A stretch of 64,000 bases of DNA from a virus (IMGVR_UViG_3300024262_000013), one strand, 5' to 3'. Counted from the first letter of the stretch, positions 18,588 through 28,268 are shown. The notes: generated by a model from the sequence alone, not told the origin. Program-made: numbers and translations.

Positions 18588-19337
18588 TTACCATTTCATC
18601 ATAATCCCTGCGGTACCTTTCCACTCGATGATTGCTCTTTTTGGAATCCAAAACTCAAACTCACCTATTTCATCGATTTTATTTGACATATCCTCTTTGA
18701 ACTTCGCAACATCATTTGAGTTCTTTGGGTGTTTAATACCTACGTGTCCCGCACAAACTGGTCCGATACCTGTAACTTGTGACATCTCATCAGTAAGTGT
18801 TCTACCACAACAACGACAGATACCTGCGTTATCCTTAGTAAGTTTTGCTTTCAATTTGAAGGCTTTGTTTGAGATAACCATTACCTCGGTAACATCAACT
18901 AAGATTGGGTGAAAATCCATGTCGTAATTTTCTTTGATACTTAAAGCAATTTTACGTCCAAGTTTGATAGTGTTCCCAACCAATTTAATATTCAACTCTT
19001 TTTGTGAGTCTTTTTGAGTCTCACGGTCAATTGCTCTGTAACCAGCAGAAACTTGCTTTTCAGTTAACTTACGGTATTTCTTGTACTTAACTTTCAAATC
19101 ATTAACGAAGTTAGACTCGCCAGTGTACTCAACAATCGCTCTTAACTCAACAGGTAACTCTTCAACTTTTACCTCTACTTGACGTACCTCTTGCATGATT
19201 AACTTCTCAGCAACTGCATACTGTTTTGGTGTTAGTTGACCCCACTTCATAAGTGATGGTTGTAGTTTTTTGATAAAAGAGTTAACTCCTTCATACTGTC
19301 TTACTTTTTCTTCGATGTTGATTCCTGTTACTGTCAT
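18588..19337 (-). CDS. DUF6011-like zinc-finger protein
   Basis: CRCCGRTLTDEMSQVTGIGPVCA; TATATTTG on the minus strand at 19377-19384. Confidence 0.75.
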   Translation of the reverse strand: MTVTGINIEEKVRQYEGVNSFIKKLQPSLMKWGQLTPKQYAVAEKLIMQEVRQVEVKVEELPVELRAIVEYTGESNFVNDLKVKYKKYRKLTEKQVSAGYRAIDRETQKDSQKELNIKLVGNTIKLGRKIALSIKENYDMDFHPILVDVTEVMVISNKAFKLKAKLTKDNAGICRCCGRTLTDEMSQVTGIGPVCAGHVGIKHPKNSNDVAKFKEDMSNKIDEIGEFEFWIPKRAIIEWKGTAGIMMKW

Positions 19338-19429
19338 GATTTTATATTTTAGTGGTTTATGTTGTGATTAACAATACAAATATACGATAATATATTCATC
19401 CACCAAAATAAAACTTGACAAATCCGAAT

Positions 19430-19879
19430 TTATTTTTCAGACACACTATTCATGACAAATGCTTTGTCTGCCCAAGACTTAGCATTTACCATACTATACT
19501 GTGACTGACTGTATAAGTTAGTTTTATCCCATAGAGAGTTAATGGTGGCAACATCGACAGTTAATAGAATCTTCTCATCAATAATCTTTACCTTATTCCC
19601 TTGTTTAGCGAACACTGTTAACCAATGGTTACCATCAGTTGGGTAGAACTGAATAGTCTGTAAAGAACCTTTTTTATAAAGGCTAAGCATATCCGATGGG
19701 TTCTCAAAATAACGTTCATTCGTGGTATCATACATCACATCATTACAGCTCATCCATCCAGATGTACATTTGGCAATAAATCTAAATTTACCTCCTTTAA
19801 ATTGTGATAGAATATCAATAGGGGTAATATTTGTTGTATTGATAATGTCGATATTTGGTGTTGATGTAGATATTGTCAT
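19430..19879 (-). CDS. hypothetical protein (host-type promoter)
   Basis: 149-aa ORF; TATCTTTG on the minus strand at 19905-19912. Confidence 0.7.
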   Translation of the reverse strand: MTISTSTPNIDIINTTNITPIDILSQFKGGKFRFIAKCTSGWMSCNDVMYDTTNERYFENPSDMLSLYKKGSLQTIQFYPTDGNHWLTVFAKQGNKVKIIDEKILLTVDVATINSLWDKTNLYSQSQYSMVNAKSWADKAFVMNSVSEK

Positions 19880-19972
19880 GTGATATATATTTTTTAATGA
19901 ATAACAAAGATACTACTTTTTATAACATGGCAAAAAAAATACCAACTAAAATTAATTTAATTGGTATTCTAA

Positions 19973-19994
19973 TGGTGGAGGCGGAGGGATTCGA
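19973..19994 (-). repeat. orphan copy of the tmRNA 3' end
   Basis: TCGAATCCCTCCGCCTCCACCA matches 20274-20295 at 20 of 22 positions. Confidence 0.7.
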
Positions 19995-20151
19995 GTGATG
20001 ATTATAAATTACTTGACGATGGTATCGGTGGTTATAGTTGGTTGAACATATAGAATTTATAAAAGCACCATTACAAATATAGTTTTTTATATTTAAACCA
20101 CAAAATAAATTAATGGAAATTTGTCGAATGATTTATGAGAATTATCCTTTT

Positions 20152-20229
20152 TGGGGTGGAAGATGGGACTCGAACCCACGACCCTCGGTACCACAAACCG
20201 ATGTTCTAACCATCTGAACTACAACCACC
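20152..20229 (-). tRNA. tRNA-His (GUG)
   Basis: G-1:C73 pair, D arm GTTC/GAAC, anticodon stem TCGGT/ACCGA with loop TT-GTG-GT, TTCGAGT T loop, encoded CCA. Confidence 0.92.
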
Positions 20230-20233
20230 ATTA

Positions 20234-20269
20234 TAAAAAAATTAAACCCCACCGATTGGAGGGGTTTAA
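20234..20269 (-). terminator. hairpin between tmRNA and tRNA-His
   Basis: TTAAACCCC...GGGGTTTAA followed by T7 on the minus strand. Confidence 0.65.
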
Positions 20270-20276
20270 ATAGTTG

Positions 20277-20663
20277 TGGAGGCGGCGGGATTCGAACCCG
20301 CGTCTTGTTCAGTCCACCCATAAAGGACTACACGTTTAGGACAACATTAATTCACAATGTTCCGTAATATTTAGTTCAATTTTTACATCCTCCACTAACA
20401 ATAGATGTACGATTCAATTTAGGGTTTAATCGTTTTTCCACCACAACAACGGACTTCTGTTCATAGGTATATGTCCTGACCGACCCGATTCACTGTTTAC
20501 GTATTACGCTACAGCTACTTGTGCAGTTCTAAGTAAACCTAGAGCTGACATTTTGTTTAGTACGTTGCCGTCTAAAAAAGTTCCATCATAGATTTAAGTC
20601 ATAGATGAAGTTTGACTACGTGCCCCGTATAACTGACCCTGCCAATCAATTCCATTCGCCCCC
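20277..20663 (-). ncRNA. ssrA: tmRNA
   Basis: 5' GGGGGCG pairs with 3' CGCCTCC-A, with the G3:U70 Ala identity pair. T arm GCGGG-TTCGAAT-CCCGC. Internal tag ORF ends AVA-TAA. TATATTTG promoter at 20694-20701. Confidence 0.92.
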
Positions 20664-20749
20664 ATATTTTCAAAGAACATTTACTTCTGAGTACAAATAT
20701 AAATACTTTTTTTCTAATAAGAAACTATTTATAGTAAAAATATTATAAA

Positions 20750-21982
20750 ATGTCTAAGAAAATTATAAAGTTAACCGAAGGTGATATTGAAAATATCGTA
20801 AAAAAAGTAATTGAAGAACAAAAAAGAGGCGACTTGGGTTACAACAAAAAGAAAAGAAGTAAGAAAGATAAGACAGACCGTAATTCCCCAAATTGGAAAG
20901 GAAGAGATTTGGGAGAACTTAACTTTGAGGTTTTAAATGGACTAATCCCAATAGCGGTTAACGTCACTGAATATAATTTTGATGTCAGATATACCTCATC
21001 TTTATCTAAAGTTGGTAGGTCAATGTCTGTAGTTGAAACACCACCCAAAAAAATTGTTACAATACCAACATATAACGTAAAAGGAAGTAGTCTTCCATAT
21101 GCAGACAATATGGTTATGCCTTACTTTGATAAGTACCCTAACTCTAAACAACAATTTACAAAAATTGTTGAGTCATTTAAAGAATATATTAATGCGGGTG
21201 GAGGCGATAAGCTAACTAATGTTACTATTAAGGGTAGTGCCGATTCAGGTACACCAACATTAAAAGTACCAAGTGGGTATTCTAAATTAGACCATCCAAG
21301 TTCTACCCCATATGGTGGTAAGACAGAACCTAAAGAGATGAATCAATATTTAGCGGACATGAGAGCTAAACAATATGCTCAGTCACTTATTCGTGAGATT
21401 AAAGAGTCTACGGGGTTTGATTTAAATATAAAGGTTTTAAAAGGTGATAATTTCTTTGGTCAAGGAGAAAGTAAAAGAGGTGAAGAATTTAGAAAAATTA
21501 TTTTATCTCCGAATGCTAGTACACATGAGGTAAAAAATACGAAAGAAACACCTGGTACCGTAACAAACCCTAAAATTCAAAAAGGTGGTGGTACCCCTTA
21601 TATTGTTACAATTAATATGGAAGGTAAATCTTTGGAAACTAACGAAACCACCTTAGGATATAGAGTCCTCGATAGTTACGGAAATATACGATTAGGTATT
21701 AGTCGTGAACTAACTGAAAAATTAGATTTACCTATATTTGACGGCAAAGTAAGTTCAGAAGTAAAAGGTCAAGATTTTTATGTTAATGGGAAATTAGTTG
21801 GTAAAATAAAAACTATGAACGAACGTCCTGTTAATTTTAATAATATGTTTGATAAGAGTACTGGTAAACCAAGATATTTCGCCGGACCAATAAGTACGGT
21901 TAAGGCTTATAGAACACATGAAATTAATGGTGAAGATGTAACAATATCTTATTTACAAGACGCTTACTTCTTATTCTTTTAA
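20750..21982 (+). CDS. OmpA-like (peptidoglycan-binding) domain protein with a virion-type leader
   Basis: TIKGSAD...MNQYLADMRA...EFRKII pattern; MSKKIIKLTEGDIENIVKKVIEE leader; no signal peptide. Confidence 0.65.
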   Translation: MSKKIIKLTEGDIENIVKKVIEEQKRGDLGYNKKKRSKKDKTDRNSPNWKGRDLGELNFEVLNGLIPIAVNVTEYNFDVRYTSSLSKVGRSMSVVETPPKKIVTIPTYNVKGSSLPYADNMVMPYFDKYPNSKQQFTKIVESFKEYINAGGGDKLTNVTIKGSADSGTPTLKVPSGYSKLDHPSSTPYGGKTEPKEMNQYLADMRAKQYAQSLIREIKESTGFDLNIKVLKGDNFFGQGESKRGEEFRKIILSPNASTHEVKNTKETPGTVTNPKIQKGGGTPYIVTINMEGKSLETNETTLGYRVLDSYGNIRLGISRELTEKLDLPIFDGKVSSEVKGQDFYVNGKLVGKIKTMNERPVNFNNMFDKSTGKPRYFAGPISTVKAYRTHEINGEDVTISYLQDAYFLFF

Positions 21983-22512
21983 TTACTATAATTTGGACGT
22001 GGAAACATTTGGATAACAATGATTGCGTTTAGTTTCTCATTGTAAACGACACAACACCCATAGTATCTTGGTAAGATAGTACCACTATTAAAGTAGTCAC
22101 CATTTTCCGTTAAAACATTCATTTTATGGTATTTTGAATTCATAAAATTATTATGAGCTTGAATTGCAATTTCTAAATCTGTGTCAGTTGAGTCGTAGGT
22201 AAATGCCGTTACATTTTCTGATGATATGTCATATTTTGAATTACTTGCGATTTTAATTCTATCGGATGCGGTTTTATATTTTGGGTTAGGGTTAGTATGG
22301 GATACTTGTTTGTAACTTCTTATTGTACTTAAGTAGTCGGCTTGTATTTTAGCTCCATTATTTATTAATGTGTCAGTTACAAAAGTACTTAAACCTCCGT
22401 CACTCCTCTCTTCATTCACTAAATTTAGTAAATGTCTTTGTATTTCACCTAAGTTTTGTGAATAACCTACGCTACAAATAAGTGTTAGTAATATTAGTAG
22501 TATCTTTTTCAT
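21979..22512 (-). CDS. secreted CAP/SCP-domain protein
   Basis: Signal peptide MKKILLILLTLICSVGYSQ; VNEER, SH, SENV and FMNSKYH motifs; TATATTTG at 22517-22524. Confidence 0.8.
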   Translation of the reverse strand: MKKILLILLTLICSVGYSQNLGEIQRHLLNLVNEERSDGGLSTFVTDTLINNGAKIQADYLSTIRSYKQVSHTNPNPKYKTASDRIKIASNSKYDISSENVTAFTYDSTDTDLEIAIQAHNNFMNSKYHKMNVLTENGDYFNSGTILPRYYGCCVVYNEKLNAIIVIQMFPRPNYSN

Positions 22513-22577
22513 ATAACAAATATAAGCTTTTAAAACCAATTATCCTATTAATATACTATTTATTATAAAAGTTTTAA

Positions 22578-24509
22578 ATGAAATTTAGCACACTACTAAA
22601 CGAAGGTAAGAAAGAAAACCTTATTTTAAAGTACGGTAACGAACTTATATTCGATAATAATGACTTTATATCTACTATCGTTGATAGTGACCCCTCAAGT
22701 ACTAAGAAGTATTCTGAGTGGACTATTAATCAAGTAATAGAATTCATGAAAGTTAATGACGGAGCATCACTTCCTGATGTTATAACTCAAATAACTGACT
22801 TAATAAAAACTTTTAATGATATCTCACAATCAATAACTGATGAGGATATTACATTCGCTAAAAAATTACATTCAGGTATTGATGATATATACATTAAAGG
22901 TGGTCCAAGAGATATTCATCGATATAAGTCTTATTGGGAACTTCAAACCTTATTATCGGCAATAGATAAAAGAAAAAAAGATAAAGAACAGGAAGTTGAA
23001 GCCAAAAAAGATGTCGATAAGATTTATGAGGATAGTCGTTTTTTAATTGTCCAACCTTACTCACATAAGGCATCTTGTTATTACGGTTCAAATACGAAAT
23101 GGTGTACAGCTTCAAAAGATAATGAGGACTACTTTGATAGATATGGAAACGATGGTAGATTAATCTATATTATAGATAAACAATCTAAAGACTCAACATT
23201 CGGTAAGATGGCGATACACATTAATGTAAACGATAATGTATGGATTTATGACCAAAAAGATGAACAAAGAAGTGAGCAGTTTTTATTAGACCGTTTTGAG
23301 CCTATTGCGGAAACTATCAAGAAAGTAATTAAGGGAGATGATGATTATACCATCCTTAAAAAGATTGAGGAAGGAAAATTAACCCCACCAACTCAAAAAT
23401 TAACCGCACCCTACTTTAAAAGAATGGATAAAGAAAACGTTTACTTAACGTTTGACGACACTAGAGAATATATGTCTTTATTTAGTGAGACATTAGAAGA
23501 TTATGAGATTGATGCATACGCTTATGGTGTAGATGCCCCATATGGGTATGAATCTAACCATTATGACCCATACAACTTCATGGAAGACTTAAAAGAGGGT
23601 TACCCTTTATATGACCTTAGTTCTAGTCATTTAAAAAAATTAAAAGAAATATTAAAAATTGCTGGTAGCGATTTAGAAAAAAGCTTTAAGACTACACCAA
23701 ATGTATCTAAAGAAAAATTAATAAAGTTTAAAGAGTTAGGTCAAGATTTAAAAGATTACTACGAATTATATGATTTATCATTAATAGACCAAGATGGTAG
23801 TTTATCGAATATGGGCGAATTTGTAGCTAGCTTTGACGCAAAATTCTTAGAAACTTTTGATGACACATATGGATACGCTAAAAATCAGTCCATGACTGTA
23901 GGGGTGCAAAAAATATTAAAAGAGGAGTTGTGTGAGATATATAAACCAATAGGTATAGAATTAGAATCTGATTGCTTTTATAAGTATTATATTAGTATTA
24001 GTAAATTAATCTCAATGTATGAAGAAAACTTAGAGTACTATAAAGATTTATCGTTAAATGAAATGTTAATAAGTTATGTTGATAGTAATCTAAGTATTAA
24101 TATTGAAGAACCACATAATTTAGCCTATGAGCATCAAGACCAGGAAACATTTGATTACCACTTTAACGATGATATGGATTCAGCGTTTGATAATCTATTG
24201 GAAAGATTACAAAACTCGGACACCTATATTGATTTAAAGGTTTATAAGGAAATTTATAATTTTATCGAAAATAAATATGGTTTTAACAAAGTAGTTCAAG
24301 TTGAACCATTAAATAATGTGGAAAACAACGGTAAATCTAATACTACTATTCGATTTCTTAGAATTAATCCCGAAACTAATAAAATTGATTTTCAATTAAA
24401 CAAATGGGGTACTAGTGGTGGTGCTGGTTTTAAAACCGGTAGCGCTAAACTGTCAACAATTCAAAAATTAATGACGAACTACCAATTATTTGACCCTTTT
24501 GAAGATTAA
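22578..24509 (+). CDS. large hypothetical protein (SCYYG...WCT module)
   Basis: 643 aa; MKFSTLLNE leader; TATTTAT at 22557. Confidence 0.75.
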   Translation: MKFSTLLNEGKKENLILKYGNELIFDNNDFISTIVDSDPSSTKKYSEWTINQVIEFMKVNDGASLPDVITQITDLIKTFNDISQSITDEDITFAKKLHSGIDDIYIKGGPRDIHRYKSYWELQTLLSAIDKRKKDKEQEVEAKKDVDKIYEDSRFLIVQPYSHKASCYYGSNTKWCTASKDNEDYFDRYGNDGRLIYIIDKQSKDSTFGKMAIHINVNDNVWIYDQKDEQRSEQFLLDRFEPIAETIKKVIKGDDDYTILKKIEEGKLTPPTQKLTAPYFKRMDKENVYLTFDDTREYMSLFSETLEDYEIDAYAYGVDAPYGYESNHYDPYNFMEDLKEGYPLYDLSSSHLKKLKEILKIAGSDLEKSFKTTPNVSKEKLIKFKELGQDLKDYYELYDLSLIDQDGSLSNMGEFVASFDAKFLETFDDTYGYAKNQSMTVGVQKILKEELCEIYKPIGIELESDCFYKYYISISKLISMYEENLEYYKDLSLNEMLISYVDSNLSINIEEPHNLAYEHQDQETFDYHFNDDMDSAFDNLLERLQNSDTYIDLKVYKEIYNFIENKYGFNKVVQVEPLNNVENNGKSNTTIRFLRINPETNKIDFQLNKWGTSGGAGFKTGSAKLSTIQKLMTNYQLFDPFED

Positions 24510-25586
24510 TCAATAATCTGAAATTAGTTTTTCTCTGATAATTTCATATAAATCAACTAAATCTTTCTTTTCTAAATAAATAATATCCCCAGTGAATTTA
24601 GATTCAATAGTTATACCAAATGAAGAGTTAGTTACACTAACATTTTCCAAATCATAAGATTCATCATCTAATCCATCATCTAATGTTTGGTCCCATTCAC
24701 TATCATCGTCACTATCATCACCAACATTATTCCATGCTAGTGAATCCCAAGTAGGTTTTTCATACTCATAATTAAATTTAATGTAACCTAACTCACCGAC
24801 TAATCGTGTGGCAAAAATTATTGCTCTTTGGACATCATCCACCACAACAAACTCTTCTGGTGTATGCATGTTATAATAACCACATGAGAAGTTAATACAA
24901 CTAAAATCACCTTTACGTTTAATTTGGGAAACATCGGTATAGGGATGTGATTGAGGGTCCGCAGTAATACCCATAACTTCGTTATATAGTGGTAGGGCAA
25001 TATTAATAAAATCACCATCTTTTTCATATAGACGTGTACCTGAGCAAATTTCAGTAATTAAATTATTACCAGGTGCGTCAAATTGTACCGCGTATCCGAC
25101 ATCTTTAAGAAAGTTAATGTCACATTTACTTGAGCCATGACAACCAGTTTCCTCAGATACGAATAACCCTACTTTTACTTTAGGTAATGACCTTAAGAGT
25201 TCTAAAGCGATAAATACCCCACATTTATCATCACCTCCGATACCCGTAGGTTTACCGTCAGTAGTATATCCTTTTAGTGATATAAATTCTTCATCACCAT
25301 AAGAGTGTCCAAATGTATTAGGTTTCACTAATGATTCAGTTTTAACCACAATTTCATCAACTAAAGAGTGTACGGTATCGGTATGTGCAATAAACATTGG
25401 ATAATGCTCACCCTCGTCTAAGGTTCCTTTCGTGGCGTAAACATTATCCATATCGTCAGTATAGTACTCCACATCGGGCATTGATTCCAATACGTCTCGT
25501 AGGTATTGTACCATGTTATCTTCCTGATAAGTTTTTGTCGGTACTGAGAGTACTTCTTTTAGTCGAGTTAGTTGAGTATTATCCAT
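24510..25586 (-). CDS. M20/M28/M42-family zinc peptidase
   Basis: AHTDTV, GGDDKCG, EETG, QFD and GYYNMHT motifs. Minus strand verified (track says +). TATATTTG at 25606-25613. Confidence 0.85.
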   Translation of the reverse strand: MDNTQLTRLKEVLSVPTKTYQEDNMVQYLRDVLESMPDVEYYTDDMDNVYATKGTLDEGEHYPMFIAHTDTVHSLVDEIVVKTESLVKPNTFGHSYGDEEFISLKGYTTDGKPTGIGGDDKCGVFIALELLRSLPKVKVGLFVSEETGCHGSSKCDINFLKDVGYAVQFDAPGNNLITEICSGTRLYEKDGDFINIALPLYNEVMGITADPQSHPYTDVSQIKRKGDFSCINFSCGYYNMHTPEEFVVVDDVQRAIIFATRLVGELGYIKFNYEYEKPTWDSLAWNNVGDDSDDDSEWDQTLDDGLDDESYDLENVSVTNSSFGITIESKFTGDIIYLEKKDLVDLYEIIREKLISDY

Positions 25587-25649
25587 TTGTTTATTGTTTA
25601 GTATACAAATATAGTGTTTTTTATTTAAGTGGCAATAAAAAAAGGGAGG

Positions 25650-27668
25650 TTAATCCACTTTTTTTATTGTTAATTCATCTTCACTTAACATTTCAATAGT
25701 AAACGGGTTATTTTCAGTAATGGTACCACGAAGCACTTCCTCTGAAATCAAATCTTCAATTTTTTCTTGGATAGCTCTTTTAATTGGACGAGCACCGTAT
25801 TTCTCATCAAAACCTACACTAGAGATATACTCCTTAACTGAGTCACTAATAGTTATGTTATAGTTCATTTCATCTAAACGATTTGTCAATTTTAACAATT
25901 CAATATCAACAATTTGAGAAACTTCTTTTTCTTTTAAAGGGTTGAAAACCACTATCTCATCGACACGATTTAAAAATTCAGGTGTGAAATGATTCTTTAA
26001 TTCTTTTTGTATTAAAACTTTTTTCATTTCTTCATTATTTGACATTCGGTTGTTTGTTTCGAAACCAACACCTGTACCAAAATCCTGAAGTTTTTTAACT
26101 CCTAAGTTAGATGTCATGATAATCAAACAATTTTTAAAGTTTATCTTACGACCAAAACTATCGGTAAGGTGACCATCATCCATCATTTGAAGTAAAAGTG
26201 AAAAGATATCTTTATTAGCCTTTTCAATTTCATCAAACAATACAACAGAATATGGTTTGTTTTTTACCGCTTCAGTTAATTGTCCTCCTTGGTCATGACC
26301 CACATATCCTGGAGGTGAACCAATCAATCTTGACATGGTGTATTTTTCTTGGTACTCAGACATATCCATTCTAATAAGTGCGTCCTCAGCTCCAAAGATT
26401 TCCTTAGCGAGTTGTTTAGCTAAATGAGTTTTACCTACACCTGTAGAACCTAAGAAGATAAAAGAACCAATAGGACGATTAGGGTCTTTAATCCCGACAC
26501 GGTTTCTACGAATTGCCTTTGCAATCTTCTCAACCGCAAATTCTTGACCGATGACCGAGGTATTTAGACTATCTTCAAGATTTAATAATGATTCTTTATC
26601 GTCATTATTTAGTTTACTAACGGGTATTTTAGTCATAGTCGCAACTACACTATACACCATATCTTCAGTAATAGGTTTACGAGTTATATCTTTTTGTTTT
26701 TCAAACTTTTCCTTTTCATCGTCTAACTTTTTCAAAATCTTCTTCTCCTTATCTCTAAGTTCTGCAGCTTTTTCATATTGTTGAGATTTAACTACTTGAA
26801 TTTTCTCTTCTTTAATTGAAGATGCCTGTTCTTTAAGTTTTTCAATTACTTCAGGTAATTTAACATTAATCTGAGCGCTTGCTCCCACCTCATCCATAAT
26901 GTCGATTGCCTTATCAGGAAATTCACGGTCAGTGATATATCGGTCAGCGAGTGTAACACACGCCTTTAACGATTCATCACTATAAGTTACTTTATGGTGA
27001 AATTCATAACGGGATTTAAGGTTCTCAAGTATGATTAAAGTTTCTTTTGGTGTTGCTCCATCAACAATAACTTTTTGAAAACGACGCTCAAGAGCACCAT
27101 CCTTTTCAATATTCTCTCTGTATTCATCAAGAGTTGTTGCTCCAATACATTGGAGTTCTCCTCTTGCTAATGCTGGTTTAAAAATATTGGACGCATCCAA
27201 AGAGCCCGATGAATTACCTGCACCAATAATTGTGTGTATCTCATCAATAAAGACAATAATATCAGGATTTTCGTATAACTCATCTAAAATAACTTTTAAT
27301 CTTTCCTCGAATTGTCCACGATATTTAGTTCCAGCAACTATAGAAGTCATATCTAACGACACTATTCTTTTATCACATAGATTTTGAGGACAATCACCTT
27401 CAAAAATTTTCATAGCTAAACCCTCAACAATGGCAGTTTTACCCGCTCCTGGTTCACCAATAATAATTGGGTTATTTTTCTTTCGTCTTGAAAGTATTTG
27501 AGCAATCCTATTAATTTCATTTTCACGTCCCACTACTGGGTCAAGTTTACCTTGTTCCGCATGTTTAATAAGGTCACGAGAAAAATTATCTAAAACAGGT
27601 GTTTTAGAGTTACTCATTTCTTTAGGGTTTCTTGCCCCTTTATCGTTTGGGTCTACTTCGTCTATCAT
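25650..27668 (-). CDS. clpC: ClpC-type AAA+ unfoldase lacking the N-terminal Clp repeat domain
   Basis: GEPGAGKT / FIDEIH; UVR-like M domain ([11 protein letters not shown]); GSTGVGKT / LFDEIEK; VGF ClpP-docking loop. Confidence 0.93.
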   Translation of the reverse strand: MIDEVDPNDKGARNPKEMSNSKTPVLDNFSRDLIKHAEQGKLDPVVGRENEINRIAQILSRRKKNNPIIIGEPGAGKTAIVEGLAMKIFEGDCPQNLCDKRIVSLDMTSIVAGTKYRGQFEERLKVILDELYENPDIIVFIDEIHTIIGAGNSSGSLDASNIFKPALARGELQCIGATTLDEYRENIEKDGALERRFQKVIVDGATPKETLIILENLKSRYEFHHKVTYSDESLKACVTLADRYITDREFPDKAIDIMDEVGASAQINVKLPEVIEKLKEQASSIKEEKIQVVKSQQYEKAAELRDKEKKILKKLDDEKEKFEKQKDITRKPITEDMVYSVVATMTKIPVSKLNNDDKESLLNLEDSLNTSVIGQEFAVEKIAKAIRRNRVGIKDPNRPIGSFIFLGSTGVGKTHLAKQLAKEIFGAEDALIRMDMSEYQEKYTMSRLIGSPPGYVGHDQGGQLTEAVKNKPYSVVLFDEIEKANKDIFSLLLQMMDDGHLTDSFGRKINFKNCLIIMTSNLGVKKLQDFGTGVGFETNNRMSNNEEMKKVLIQKELKNHFTPEFLNRVDEIVVFNPLKEKEVSQIVDIELLKLTNRLDEMNYNITISDSVKEYISSVGFDEKYGARPIKRAIQEKIEDLISEEVLRGTITENNPFTIEMLSEDELTIKKVD

Positions 27669-27727
27669 ATTTTTTTTATTAATTAATCGTTACAAATATA
27701 ACAAAAATATCGAATATATCAAATACT

Positions 27728-27829
27728 TGACATTTTGTCATACTAAATTTATTTTAACTGTCATTTTGACATAACATATGACGATACTACGTAAAAAATA
27801 CATATTACTCATACTGGCACGTTTTTTAC
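27728..27829. promoter_or_regulatory. TGACA/TGTCA palindromes and a sigma54-like -24 box
   Basis: TGACA-N3-TGTCA at 27728-27740, TGTCA-N3-TGACA at 27759-27771, and CTGGCACG-N4-TTAC at 27814-27829. Confidence 0.45.
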
Positions 27830-27877
27830 CATTTGTCTTATACAAAGATAAACAATAAATCAAAAAAAACTAATATT

Positions 27878-28231
27878 ATGTTTGGAAAAAGAAAAATTAA
27901 TGACCTATTTGAAGAATTTGACACATTCTTTAATGATGCGAGACCCATTTATTATAGTGTAGGACCTAATGGTCATACATTCTTCACTAATCGTGAAAAT
28001 AAAAATAATAAAACTACTGACGAGTTAAATGTATTAAAGAAACAATTAGAGGTTTCAATATCACAAGAAGATTTTGAATCGTCAGTTAAATTTAGAGATA
28101 AAATCAAAACTTTAGAAAAGAACGGTAAGAAAATAAAAGAATTAAGAGAAAAATTAGAAATATCTATCACTGAAGAAAATTTTGAGGAATCAATTAAAAT
28201 TAGGGATAACATTAAAGAGTTAATTAAATAA
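27878..28231 (+). CDS. tandem UVR (UvrB/C, McsA-like) domain protein
   Basis: LEVSISQEDFESSVKFRDKI and LEISITEENFEESIKIRDNI; start at ATG 27878. Confidence 0.8.
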   Translation: MFGKRKINDLFEEFDTFFNDARPIYYSVGPNGHTFFTNRENKNNKTTDELNVLKKQLEVSISQEDFESSVKFRDKIKTLEKNGKKIKELREKLEISITEENFEESIKIRDNIKELIK

Positions 28232-28236
28232 ATAAT

Positions 28237-28268
28237 AAACCCTCCATTAAAGGAGGGTTTTTTATTTT
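28237..28268 (+). terminator. intrinsic terminator
   Basis: AAACCCTCC-ATTAAA-GGAGGGTTT followed by a T run. Confidence 0.8.

Noticed and set aside
19973-20071. A complete second tRNA ending at 19973
   Set aside because: No 5' acceptor strand, D arm or anticodon arm pairs with the 3' fragment.
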